A DNA stretch of 63,793 nt, filler included, from Licmophora abbreviata (Eukaryota), in NCBI GenBank assembly GCA_900291995.1. It is 9 parts of 9 records of this genome, joined end to end, with 100 filler letters (N's around TTAATTAATTAA, not from the genome) between each part and the next. Parts side by side here need not be neighbours in the genome. Positions count along the whole stretch, not along the records: positions 17,135 to 32,120 come from OLMU01000504.1; positions 32,221 to 35,257 come from OLMU01000505.1; positions 35,358 to 41,675 come from OLMU01000506.1; 6 more parts are not named here. One strand, given 5' to 3'. Numbering within the stretch: position 1 is the first letter of the stretch; every line of letters starts with the position of its first letter. The position numbers were made by a program, and so were the translations under genes. Below, piece after piece: positions 25,325 to 35,628 of the stretch. The notes under the pieces were generated by a model. That model was not told the origin of the DNA. It did not search any database and worked only from the letters and a program-made list of their open reading frames with translations.

Positions 25325-26059
25325 ATGCAGCGAATGTCGGACATGCCACCGCTGGAAGATGCGTCGATGTCAAAGAGCGACAGTTTTATAGCGTCACTCC
25401 TTTCATCACAGTCCATGCGAGATGACAACCAAATTACAGGTGGAGGGCCAAGTACTCTCAGTGCATTGGTGAATGATTCCATCGCGACCGATGAGTCCGG
25501 CACCCACCAGCTGCTCTTCTCCAAACGACTTTCAATAGGGAATGACAGCTTTCTCCTAACAAACTTCGAGACTGACAGTAAAATCGAGCTTGATGAGCTT
25601 GTCAATGACCTCAACGATGACAAAGCCAAAGAGCTCGTATCGTCGTCAACATCGGGAGAGAGAAAGGCAAAGCGTCGACGAAGCACCCTTGGATTCCTAG
25701 ACTACATCTTTAACAGGTCCAACTCCCCACTCCAAGAAGAACCTTCAGACGCGAAGCCAAAGCCTATAACCGACGATCCTATCAAAGACGACGATTCAGG
25801 TGACATTGAACCACTAGACGTAAATACTCCAACCGGTGATCCAATGGTGGCTCGCAGGCTTCGACTGGCTTCGTTGGATGGGGCGATGGAGCAGAGCCAA
25901 AAGACTCAGCAAGATATTCACGATTGGGACAGGAAGATGGGTCTCAAACGGTCGCACAGCAAGACCATGCGGCTGTCGACAAGGTCGCGAAAAAAGCTAC
26001 GTCAGCAAGTGAAAAGAGAGATCACTGCAACGCATAAAGGCAGACGCATGTTGTCCTGA
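25325..26059 (+). CDS. Hypothetical protein (disordered, basic C-terminal motif)
   Basis: Long ORF ending in MEQSQKTQQDIHDWDRKMGLKRSHSKTMRLSTRSRKKL, a motif I recall from diatom hypothetical proteins. Confidence 0.7.
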   Translation: MQRMSDMPPLEDASMSKSDSFIASLLSSQSMRDDNQITGGGPSTLSALVNDSIATDESGTHQLLFSKRLSIGNDSFLLTNFETDSKIELDELVNDLNDDKAKELVSSSTSGERKAKRRRSTLGFLDYIFNRSNSPLQEEPSDAKPKPITDDPIKDDDSGDIEPLDVNTPTGDPMVARRLRLASLDGAMEQSQKTQQDIHDWDRKMGLKRSHSKTMRLSTRSRKKLRQQVKREITATHKGRRMLS

Positions 26060-26208
26060 TGTATGAGCTGAGTGTCTTGACTTATAGTTTACATTCGGTA
26101 CATACTTCTGAAAGTTTGCTGCTTGCACATTCGATCGAGTGTCGTATAGTAGGACACGTACGCTCAGTCGTCGTCCTCCAGTGATCTCACGATGAGCAGG
26201 AGCAGACA

Positions 26209-27366
26209 TCATGGTAGAATAGTTCCGTCCTCATTGGCACACCACGTTCGTTGGTGTGACCATACGTGGCGAAGATCCACCGGATATGCATCCAAAGCCA
26301 CCACACCATGAGTAAGGAGCTGGTTTGCAAGCTTGTCCCCACATCCATACATAAATACCATCGCCCCTGGACCGAACAGGCGCGTATACTTCCTCGCCGT
26401 TCTGAGGATACACCCCACAGCGCCGACACTGTCGCTCGGGATAGTCGAAGCCCCGTAAAACATCTTTGCTTCAACCCAATGAATGACGCATTCGGCGCCT
26501 TCTTTGGTATCGTCACTTCTATTTGGTCTGGTTACATGCAATGATACAGGCGACCCGAGCATAAAATCTGGTGTAGGGAGACTAGGACCCTTAGACCGTC
26601 GCCTCTGCTGCTGCTCCGTGATAAAGTCGAGTCCAGTTCGTCGCAGAAACGCTTCCACCGCTCTCTCAAACAGCTCAGCCGACTGGCGGATGTGCCTCTC
26701 TGCTCCCAACCGCAGCTGTTCCATTCCGAGATTCGGATTGAGCAGTTTGATATGATGGCGGCGCAACGACAGCGCTTGTGGAAGCTGCATACCCGAGGAC
26801 TTACACCGTGTCGAAATTGTGCGTTGGCGTTCTTTCAGCTGGGCACAGATCATTCCCCGTTCCCGTTGATTCAAAATTAGAACGCACAACATGTCTTCCT
26901 CTGCTTTGAGAGGCACATGCGGTTCCGATGCCCACACAAGAGTTTGTTGGGGCAAGGTCGACGATTTTCTGTCAGCCTTGCGTCGTCTCCGTAGCCGATT
27001 CCGGGGAATGAGAGGTTGCTTTCTCCTGTGGAGCTTTGGATCTGCGTCTCGCGACTTTTCGTTGTGAAGAGTGGGTCGATTCCTTTCAACTGCTGCAGCT
27101 TCGAGGGCAGAGTGACGAATGAAACGCTCTGCTGCCATTCCATGACGGGGATCCTTCACCATTCCCGAGTTCAAAGGTCGCCGCTTCCGAGATGGTTCCA
27201 AAGAAGAGACGTTTTCCCTACTGTTGGAAGGACAATGGAGTTGCTGATGCTGTGTCCCACGTGACCGCTTCCGGCGACGTCGGCGTTGCTGATGATTTTT
27301 CATACTGCGTGCAGGCGGATTTCTGGTGTCGTTCTTACCACTACTCCCGCGGCCTTCATTGTCCAT
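26209..27366 (-). CDS. Second CDIN1/TPD-like PD-(D/E)xK nuclease-domain protein with basic N-terminal extension
   Basis: SAELFERAVEAFL..FITEQQQ..TPDFML..IHWVEAKMFYGA..KYTRLFGPGAMVFMYG parallels the TPD motif order. Confidence 0.75.
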   Translation of the reverse strand: MDNEGRGSSGKNDTRNPPARSMKNHQQRRRRRKRSRGTQHQQLHCPSNSRENVSSLEPSRKRRPLNSGMVKDPRHGMAAERFIRHSALEAAAVERNRPTLHNEKSRDADPKLHRRKQPLIPRNRLRRRRKADRKSSTLPQQTLVWASEPHVPLKAEEDMLCVLILNQRERGMICAQLKERQRTISTRCKSSGMQLPQALSLRRHHIKLLNPNLGMEQLRLGAERHIRQSAELFERAVEAFLRRTGLDFITEQQQRRRSKGPSLPTPDFMLGSPVSLHVTRPNRSDDTKEGAECVIHWVEAKMFYGASTIPSDSVGAVGCILRTARKYTRLFGPGAMVFMYGCGDKLANQLLTHGVVALDAYPVDLRHVWSHQRTWCANEDGTILP

Positions 27367-27944
27367 AGTGTGATGTTGGAGGTAACCGAGAACGGAGATG
27401 TCAAGAGAAAGATTGCGGCCGTGTGATGGACGACTTGCGGTATCTCATGGTGGCGAATGTGTGCTTGACTCCCCCGCATCTCGCATTTTGATTCTGATTG
27501 TTTCGTCGGTTGTTGATTGTCGCAACGTTGGGGAGTAGTTCCAGTGTATGTACCCGCCTCTGTAGAGAGTCAGTCAAGATCATGGAAACGGAGGCCATTA
27601 TGGTACGTTACCTCCAGTGGCACTTCATAACTAGACCTATCAGCAGTACTGCACGGCTAGTACACTCTTCGTATATACCAGACGGTGCGTGTATCGTTAT
27701 TGTTTTAAGTTTATCCGAGGGCACAAGCGGGGCAAAGCGATCCAGTGCAAGCGCATGAACTTGTCTCGTAAGTTCAATCTGGAACATATGATTTGTACCT
27801 GCACAATCAAAGCATACCGCCTCGATGAGATTCAGTTCGCCTCCTCCTTGAGGATTGACTTTAGTAACGAGCGGTCGTTTCAAGGGACGCTCCCCATGAG
27901 TCTGTCGCTCTCTCGAGCACAACAATAACTCACGGAACGGACAA

Positions 27945-29796
27945 CTAATAGCCGGGCTTGCATTCATGGATCTTGGCTTGGATACTCTGGTTCATTCGCC
28001 GAGCTCCAGCAAATGGCTCCCAACAAATGGACGAAGCAACATATGCACCGGTTGAGGGTGATGAGATCCAAGAAGGAACACGTTCGGTTCGAGAAAAGCC
28101 CTCTACAGTGTGACTGTCAGTCATTAGCTCTTTGTAGAGACGACAGGTGAGATGCTTCTCCTCCTCTACCAAACGACACGCCAAAGCCGTATGGCCTTCC
28201 ATTCCAGCCAAGTCAGAGGGGCAGCATCCGTCTGCGTCTGGTCCGATGAGTCCGAAATGTACGGCATCCGTCCCATCTGACTTGCGATACACGGACGACG
28301 CGATACACGGACGACGTTAGCCACTCCATAGCTGTGTCTTGATTTCGCTGAGCGACCTTATGGAGCGTTCCATGTCCGTTTGAGTTGACAAGAGCGAAAT
28401 CACAACCAACTGAATAGAGCCATTGCATCGTTTCAAGGCTGTTCCCGCCTTGGGCGCACCACAATACTGCGTTGCATCCGAACGAGTTGGTACGATGCAC
28501 GTCACAGCCACGGTCTCGCAGGAATCTAGCGGCGTGGAGGAGAGATATGAGTTTGAACGATTGCAAGTTCTACACGCTCACTGGCATTCTATGGGAGACT
28601 TACTGCATCACTGATAAATGCCCCTGCCACGATGCCCAGCAGAATGCCGTCGTACCGTCGCCGGTTTGGGCGTCGATATCAACGCCGCAAGAATCGATCA
28701 GATACCGAACCGTATCCAGATGTCCATTTCGAGCTGCCCAATGCAACGCCGCTCGTCCTGAAAAAGCACGCTTTCCTCTTTGCCGTTGGTTCGCATCGCA
28801 ATGACATATCTCGACGAGGTATCGTGTCGCATCCAGATGCCCTTTACCAGCCGCCCATAGCAAAAGGGAGGCTCCGTTCCGGTCCAGCGTAGATCGAGGA
28901 TCTACTCCATTTTGGATTGCATGTCTGAGCTGACTCAGATCTCCCTGTCTGACAAACTCAAACACGTCGCTGCCTTTCTTTCGCATGTCACTCACCGCGT
29001 CGGCGCCAACGCTCGCCGGCTCAAAATCCCAATCTTCCGTAGGGCGTGGCGTGTACGGCACAATGGCCAAAACCGATCGTTCCGACGCGGCCGCTGCGGC
29101 GGCGATAGAATGCTCTGAGCCATGTTCTCGCTGCTGATGCCACCAAAGCCCCTTTTCACCCTTGCACCACTTAACACACATGGAACATGGCAATCGACCG
29201 GATTGTCGCAGCCTTTGCGCACGACGTGGCGTGACGATGCAAATGATACCGGCTTCGTTAGATCGAATATCGTGGCTCAATCCGTACCTGCGACACATCT
29301 CTTCTAGTGGATGGCATAGCACATGGGCAAGGTCACTAGGCGACTTGAAGAAGCGAACGAGGCCAAAATCTGACACGGCCTTGAGTAGTTCGGAACGAAC
29401 GCCTTTCTTAACGTGGCTCGGTCTCTTTCTTTTTCTCCCTACGCATTTGCAAAACAAGGATGATGCCGCTCGCACTTCAATGTCATGTGGCTTTCCATTC
29501 ACTGACTCATTATTCTTGTTGGGAAAGGAAACACTTGAAAGGGCGAGATTCCTGAGCAACAGCTCCAGCCGCTCATCACCTGTGTCAGGAGGATCGGCAT
29601 CGTCTTGCGGTTGATCTGATGAATCATGTACTGTCGCCGCCGTACACAGTCCACCACCGCATATCTGAGTCAGTGCCTCATACACGACACCTCCAATCTC
29701 ACGACGAAGCTTCTCGTGCGAGACGTTCATCGCTTTCGATGCGGTATCATATGACACCATCACCACCACCATCTTGGTGTTTTTCGATTCATTCAT
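27945..29796 (-). CDS. C2H2-like zinc finger + ankyrin-repeat protein, frameshifted near the 3' end
   Basis: CSMCVKWCKGEKGLWWHQQREH. Ankyrin repeats LLWAAGKGH, ALHWAARNGH, AFCWASWQGH, TLHKVAQ. Intron 28526-28603. The final repeat (PSDLAGMEGH) is out of frame because of a 16-bp duplication. Confidence 0.8.
28284..28315. repeat. Perfect 16-bp tandem duplication (GCGATACACGGACGAC x2)
   Basis: Directly visible; coincides with the frame change in the ankyrin gene. Confidence 0.95.
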
Positions 29797-30070
29797 TCCA
29801 TTTTTGGTTGGCTTATGTGTCTTGTGCCGGTCGGCGTGGAAATGTGTGTATATGTACATAGATGTTTATATGTACAGTTGATATATACTAGAGAACACTC
29901 GCTATATCATGATACAATCAGTTTGAATTTTTTTAGCCGATATTTCTCCTGCAAACTTGGGATGCTATGCAACTCGATCTCGTCGTCATCTCTCTGTTTT
30001 GCGATGTTGTGCGATGATGTTGAAGAAGTTCTGACTCTGGCAGCGCCTCGCTATCTACAAGGGAAAGAAG

Positions 30071-31816
30071 ATGCGGTCTCCATACAAGAGGCCTCGTGAG
30101 CAGTCTGCGACGGCCCATACAGTTGCGCAGGTAGAGGTGCAACGGATTGTCCGAGGTACGAGAATGCAGTTTTGGCTTCTCCTCGCCCTGTATTTTTTTT
30201 TTTGTCGATGATCTGTCTCTTATCCTTTTGCATTATCAAATGATCTTTCAGATCTTAACCAAGCCGTCACGTCCAAAAGTCGCCTCAAAGTTCTGTCGGA
30301 TTTGTTTCACCTCGTTGGATACGACAACAAAGAATCTCGAGCTTGCTCCCATCCACAGTATCTCGATCATTTCGTCAAATATGGCGCGATCAATGCATTG
30401 TGTCTACAACTCGGCTTTGTGCTCAACAAGCGTGATCCTTGTCTCGAAGATTTGGTATGCCGGGCTATTGGAGTTCTCTATCACTGTTCAGGTGCGGTCC
30501 GTGAAACCTCGTTGCGAGAGATCGGAGCTGATTTATTTGCGTTGTTACAAAAAGCTGTCGATCACGGCTCCGCAAATGTTGCTCGAGAAGTCATGGCCGT
30601 TTGGCATACTTGTACCGAGAGCCACTTTGGTTCCACCCTCCTACTTCGACAGCCGTCTCTTCTGCGTCTCTTGACCGACGCTCTTCAGGACAAAGGTGAC
30701 AGCGGTGACATACAGGCAGAGGCTCTGGGTATATTGAAACACATTACTCATTTTACCGAAGATCATCGGCTACGTATCCTCGAGGAACCTGGTTTGATGT
30801 GCTTGCTGACCAGGATTCCGTTTCAGTCGAGGCCCAACAAGGTGATACAGCAACGATTGTCGGCGATCTTTCGTAATCTAGCCTTGTCTCCGAATACGAG
30901 GCTTGCCATGGCCAATCAGAATACCATCATCTCTGCACTCATCCGTCTCACCAACGATTTCAACCGACGAACCTCTCGGAACGTCATGTCGACATTCAAC
31001 AGTCTGATACTGGAAGCCGAATGCTGCCTTACCTTGCTCCTGCACGGCGACGGAATCCTGCTCAACGTGCTGAGTCGTCTTATCTCGTGCGACCACGAAG
31101 ACGACGAGGTGGTTCGACGCCGGGCTGGCCGCGTGCTACGCTTCATGGCCCGTGAAAGTTGTCTGCCGCTCATGATTGCCCACGAGGAGTTGATGGCGTC
31201 GCTATCGTCTTGCGCACGCTCGGATCCCAGCGACGAAGTTCGGCTGGAGGCGGCGGAAGCATTCGCCAAGTGTGCTACCGTGATTCATGCCCCAATGCCG
31301 CAACACAAAGTCGTACTGACATCGTTTACGCATCTTGCCAGGCGGCATCCGTCGACGTTGCCGGATGAGCTGGTCGCAAGGGTCTTGAACGAGCAAGCCA
31401 GTCGACCGGTCAACCGAGGACCAATGGCAAGTCACGACGGTTTGTTGGCCGCTCTCTCCACAGTCGCTACTTCAGAATCAGCATCCGTGAAAGCAAAGAA
31501 AGACGCAATCAGCGCACTGCACTTCTTGTCATGTGAGAAATCCAATCAGGAAGCAATGGCTACTTCAGCTGTGTTGACAGCTCTCGTCGAAAACGCCGCT
31601 CCCGATGATCACGCTGGAGATGCCGATGCCCTGTGTCTGAGAGATGGATCCGTGAAGACGCTTTTGAATCTCGCGGTGGTCCCATCGAATCGCAAGGCCA
31701 TTGTGACACAGGACGGTCTGCTAAAGATGCTTGTGCATTACGCAGCGTCCACTCGCGACGCATCTGTCAAGTCTGCAATCAAGCAAGCCATTCTGTGGCT
31801 CGTGCCATTATTGTAA
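30071..31816 (+). CDS. Armadillo/HEAT-repeat protein; 2 exons
   Basis: Exon 1 (MRSPYKRP..IVR) spliced via 30156-30251 into the 504-aa ORF. Repeated helical units (AIFRNLA, ALHFLS, TLLNLA..NRKAIV). Confidence 0.75.
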
Positions 31817-31985
31817 GCCCGCGCTTCTTTCTAAGTAGTAGTAGCATTGTTATTAGAGCTAGCTGTCCCGATAGAAATCTGTGGTTCGTTGAGCATAGAA
31901 TGCGACGTTTCGTGAAACTAGCTACCAGCACGGCCATTTCGTCCCCTGTGGTATTACGGATGGATGCTTGACCAGCTCTCGGTCT

Positions 31986-32120
31986 CTACAAGTCGCACGC
32001 GGGGAAGAAGGCTCTCTTGAATGCTCGCCTCTTGAAACACGTGGCGAGACAAGTTTCCTTGGTCTGTTCCATATCGAAATCAATACTGATGGCATCGTCA
32101 CCATCGTAGTCACACTTCTT
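31986..32120 (-). CDS. C-terminal fragment of a small EF-hand-like Cys-containing protein (5' part in gap)
   Basis: KKCDYDGDDAISIDFDMEQTKETCLATCFKRRAFKRAFFPACDL*; DxDxDxxI loop; not in ORF track. Confidence 0.55.
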   Translation of the reverse strand, partial: KKCDYDGDDAISIDFDMEQTKETCLATCFKRRAFKRAFFPACDL

Positions 32121-32220
32121 NNNNNNNNNNNNNNNNNNNNNNNNNNNNNNNNNNNNNNNNNNNNTTAATTAATTAANNNNNNNNNNNNNNNNNNNNNNNN
32201 NNNNNNNNNNNNNNNNNNNN
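32121..32220. other. Assembly spacer 3
   Basis: N44-TTAATTAATTAA-N44. Confidence 0.99.
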
Positions 32221-32348
32221 CACACCACAAAGAAGTTTGGAAGTCCTCGTACTATAACATCTCATCGCACCTCGCATCAATGCGACGAGAGACCCAAGAC
32301 GCGCTTCACTTTTACACACCATCATCTCTGCCCCCATTCAAAGCAAAT

Positions 32349-33725
32349 ATGTCCTCTGGAACGCTCCCAGCGGCTACGTATCACCGGGCTCAATCCCTCG
32401 GTGCTGGAACTTTTGGAAGTGTCGTGGCCGTGTACAATGAAGACGGCGAGGAGTACGCCTTGAAGCTCTTTCTCGACGATGAAGAAGACAGTGACGACGA
32501 CGATGAAATGAGTGGTTTAGACTTGAGTGCCCTTCGTGAGATTTCGATTCTTCGACTGTTGAGAGCAGAAAACGGACATCCCAATATTATTCCCATGGTC
32601 GATGTCAAAGACGCCGAACTAGACGGCGAGGAGGAAGAGGCCTATGGAGCGGGGACTACTGGATGTATGGCCATGGCGATGCCACTCTACAAGCAAGGCA
32701 ATCTTGGCGACGCGATCGATAAGGGTGCGCTCAAAGAAAAGAAGACCAAGGTCGAAATTTCGCATGGCATTCTCAGTGCCGTCTCGTTTTTGCACGACAA
32801 TGGCATAATTCATCGAGACATCAAAGCTGACAATATCATGCTGGAAATGACATTGGAGGGAACTTGGGAACCCGTTCTGATCGATTTCAGCTTGGCTAAA
32901 TTGGTGAATGGAACCATATATGGCTCGGGTATGGCATCCTTTTCGCATATGGAGACAGAAATGTCTCATACGGGAGAGGTCGGGACCGTCACGTATATTG
33001 CGCCGGAAGTAGTAGCTCAGCTTCCGTACGGCCTCGCTTCCGACCTGTGGAGTGTCGGCGTTGTCTTCCTGGAACTTTTGCGGAACCACACATTGGAAGC
33101 GACCAAGAACAAAGAAGCTGAAAAAATGATCCAGGAAGCCAAGGAGAGTCTGCCCGATCAACCTTTTGCCAACATGATCCGTGGCCTTTTGAACACTGAT
33201 CCGGACCAACGTCTGTCGGCGCGAGGAGCACTTCGCTCACCTGTATTCGCTAAATTTGATCTTCCGGAACCTCCAGTGAAACTTCTCGACATTCACGAGG
33301 CGCTTTCTTTTAATACCGACGAAGATTCGGACGAGAACGACCGACCGAACGCGTCTGGTGCTATGACCAAAAGAAAGAAGGACCCAGTACTCGTGAAACG
33401 ACAAAAGATGATACAGAAGGTATGCCATGAACTCGACTGCTCTCATCCGATGACACCCTACGCAGCCATGGTGTACTGCGAACAGATGTTGCAGTTAGAC
33501 GACACTCTGGACAACCTGTCGTCGTCGCAAGCTCTCTTGGATTGCGTAGTGCTCGCAAGCAAGTTTTTCGAGAAGCATCTACCGGACTTGTCGGAATTGG
33601 AAGAGAAGAACTCTGGAATCTTCAAGAGTTGGTCCACCGACGAGTATTTTGATACCGAGGGGACAATATGGATGTTGCTCGACCACAGTCTGTACCCCCG
33701 AGGCATGAAGGATTGGCAGGAATGA
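32349..33725 (+). CDS. CDK-like Ser/Thr kinase with C-terminal cyclin-box-like domain
   Basis: GAGTFG, ALK, GLDLSALREISILRLL, HPNII, HRDIKADN, DFSLAK, HTGEVGTVTYIAPE and DPDQRLSA. C-terminus MTPYAAMVY..CVVLASKFFE..EGTIWMLLDHSL. Alternative upstream ATG at 32280. Confidence 0.85.
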   Translation: MSSGTLPAATYHRAQSLGAGTFGSVVAVYNEDGEEYALKLFLDDEEDSDDDDEMSGLDLSALREISILRLLRAENGHPNIIPMVDVKDAELDGEEEEAYGAGTTGCMAMAMPLYKQGNLGDAIDKGALKEKKTKVEISHGILSAVSFLHDNGIIHRDIKADNIMLEMTLEGTWEPVLIDFSLAKLVNGTIYGSGMASFSHMETEMSHTGEVGTVTYIAPEVVAQLPYGLASDLWSVGVVFLELLRNHTLEATKNKEAEKMIQEAKESLPDQPFANMIRGLLNTDPDQRLSARGALRSPVFAKFDLPEPPVKLLDIHEALSFNTDEDSDENDRPNASGAMTKRKKDPVLVKRQKMIQKVCHELDCSHPMTPYAAMVYCEQMLQLDDTLDNLSSSQALLDCVVLASKFFEKHLPDLSELEEKNSGIFKSWSTDEYFDTEGTIWMLLDHSLYPRGMKDWQE

Positions 33726-34150
33726 AGGCAAGCTCTTTTAGACCCCCTGTGGCGTTACACTACGTGGCTTTTGAGGAACGAGATAGTTGGACGTCCGTTC
33801 TAGTCGGTGATTGCGTCGTTGTCATCTACGAAATCATCAATTACGAAGCTCGTATAAGAATATCCTCTAGACTACAACGTAAGTGATGATGTACAAAGCG
33901 GCCGCGCGAAACCACGTTCGAATTTGAAACATGCCACCACGTGCGCGGTGAGCGCGAAAATGCGGGAAGGTCCGTCCGTCGTGTTTCGACATGCCACGCA
34001 CCGGTGCACCGCCGGCGACATTGATGGGACCACGGTGTCGCTTTGCGCCGGTATGGCAATGGTATCTGGCGTGTCGGGCACTGGGTGTTCTCTACAATAG
34101 TATTGTGTCTCGATCTCTCTTGAACGGGGAAAGCAAACGTATCGGAAGAA

Positions 34151-35013
34151 ATGAATGGAAGAAAGCCCTTCGGATGGCTTAGGGCTGTCGAACGGATCAT
34201 ATTGGCTCTCTTGAAACTCTCTTTTCTGGCCCACTCGGCCTTCGCCTTTTCGTTTTCAGTGGCTCGAAACGTGCCGCGTAAACCACCGTGCACATATTCT
34301 CTGAAACATTCACATATTATATCTAGGATGGCACCATCTGGTAACGACGAGGCCGCGAGACGCATGCAAGAACAGGCGAAAAGGATTCGTGCAGAGATTT
34401 CGGCCCTCGAGGCGGAGAAGGAGAGCGAGGTACAGAAAGAATGGGAAGCGGAATCCCAACTTCGAGATGAAAAGCTGAAGGTGAGGCTTCGATACTCGGC
34501 AGAAGTCCCAATTCTAAAGGGAGATGGAACGACAGTGTTGGAACGAGTCGACTTCCCGCCGCTGATGAAAGATGGTAGGCTCCAAGGTCGATGCTTTAGC
34601 AATGTTGCGAGAGAAGTAACCTGACAGTTTTGTCGTTTCCCGTTGTTTGCTTGTTGTTAGGTGCATCTCGAATTGAAGTCTGCACGGCCGCAGTCCCGCT
34701 AGGATTGGTATTGGGCGAGAGTGACGATTTAGTGGGCGCGGTAATTGTTGACGAAGTAGCTCAGGACAGTAATGGTGAATCGGCTGGAGTCAAGGCTGGC
34801 GACTTGGTGCGGGCATGCACAGCGTGTCAGATGGTGATGGCTACTCCAACCTGGCAAATATTGGCGGGTGGTATCGGTGTGCCAAAGACGAAGCGATTCA
34901 TGTACTTGATCGACGGCCGGCCCTTTGAGGAAGTCTTGGATGCAGTGTCAAGCAATCGCATGGACCCTGAGGCGAGACCAGCCGTTCTAGTATTAGAGAG
35001 GCTCGATGATTGA
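34151..35013 (+). CDS. Probable plastid-targeted PDZ-like domain protein; 2 exons
   Basis: Signal + AFA|F motif, coiled coil, PLGLVL..VDEVAQDSNGESAGVKAGDLVRA; intron 34575-34660. Confidence 0.75.
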
Positions 35014-35257
35014 AAAGCCATAGATCAGTTTTTGTCGAGCCGACTTGCAGGTGGGAAGGGTAGGCTACATATGGCGCGAAGCCTCCCATCGCCCCCGACG
35101 GACGGTCATTGTACGCGCAACTCTAGAGCTATATCAAAAATCGTGATGCAGCAACTTACAAGTATGTCAGACGTTTTTCAACTCATCTTTCGAAAGATCT
35201 ATCGTGAGAGGATACGATAGATCAAAGCTTTGAACTTGTACATTAGCTAGACGAGGC

Positions 35258-35357
35258 NNNNNNNNNNNNNNNNNNNNNNNNNNNNNNNNNNNNNNNNNNN
35301 NTTAATTAATTAANNNNNNNNNNNNNNNNNNNNNNNNNNNNNNNNNNNNNNNNNNNN
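35258..35357. other. Assembly spacer 4
   Basis: N44-TTAATTAATTAA-N44. Confidence 0.99.
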
Positions 35358-35628
35358 GAGCTCCCCATCAATATATCGACTTTGAGAATTCGTCGCGAGA
35401 GCGCGTCTGTCGGCATCCACGCGTGACACCGACGCGACGATCTGATGTGACGATGACAATAACAACTACAAAGCGCTTGTAGTGAGTGTTCCTGCTGCTG
35501 ACGACGCCGTGCTTGTGCATTCGATTGACCGAGCAACGGCGTTCCGTAAGAGGAAGGCTGAACGAGTTGAATTTAGATAACGCTTGGCGCAAAAATAGCA
35601 TACCAAAAGATCCCACAAGATATCGATC

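Noticed and set aside
27581..27928. Small plus-strand gene (METEAIM.. / YRYCFKFIRGHKRG..)
   Set aside because: A possible donor site is present, but I found no coherent spliced ORF or recognisable motif.
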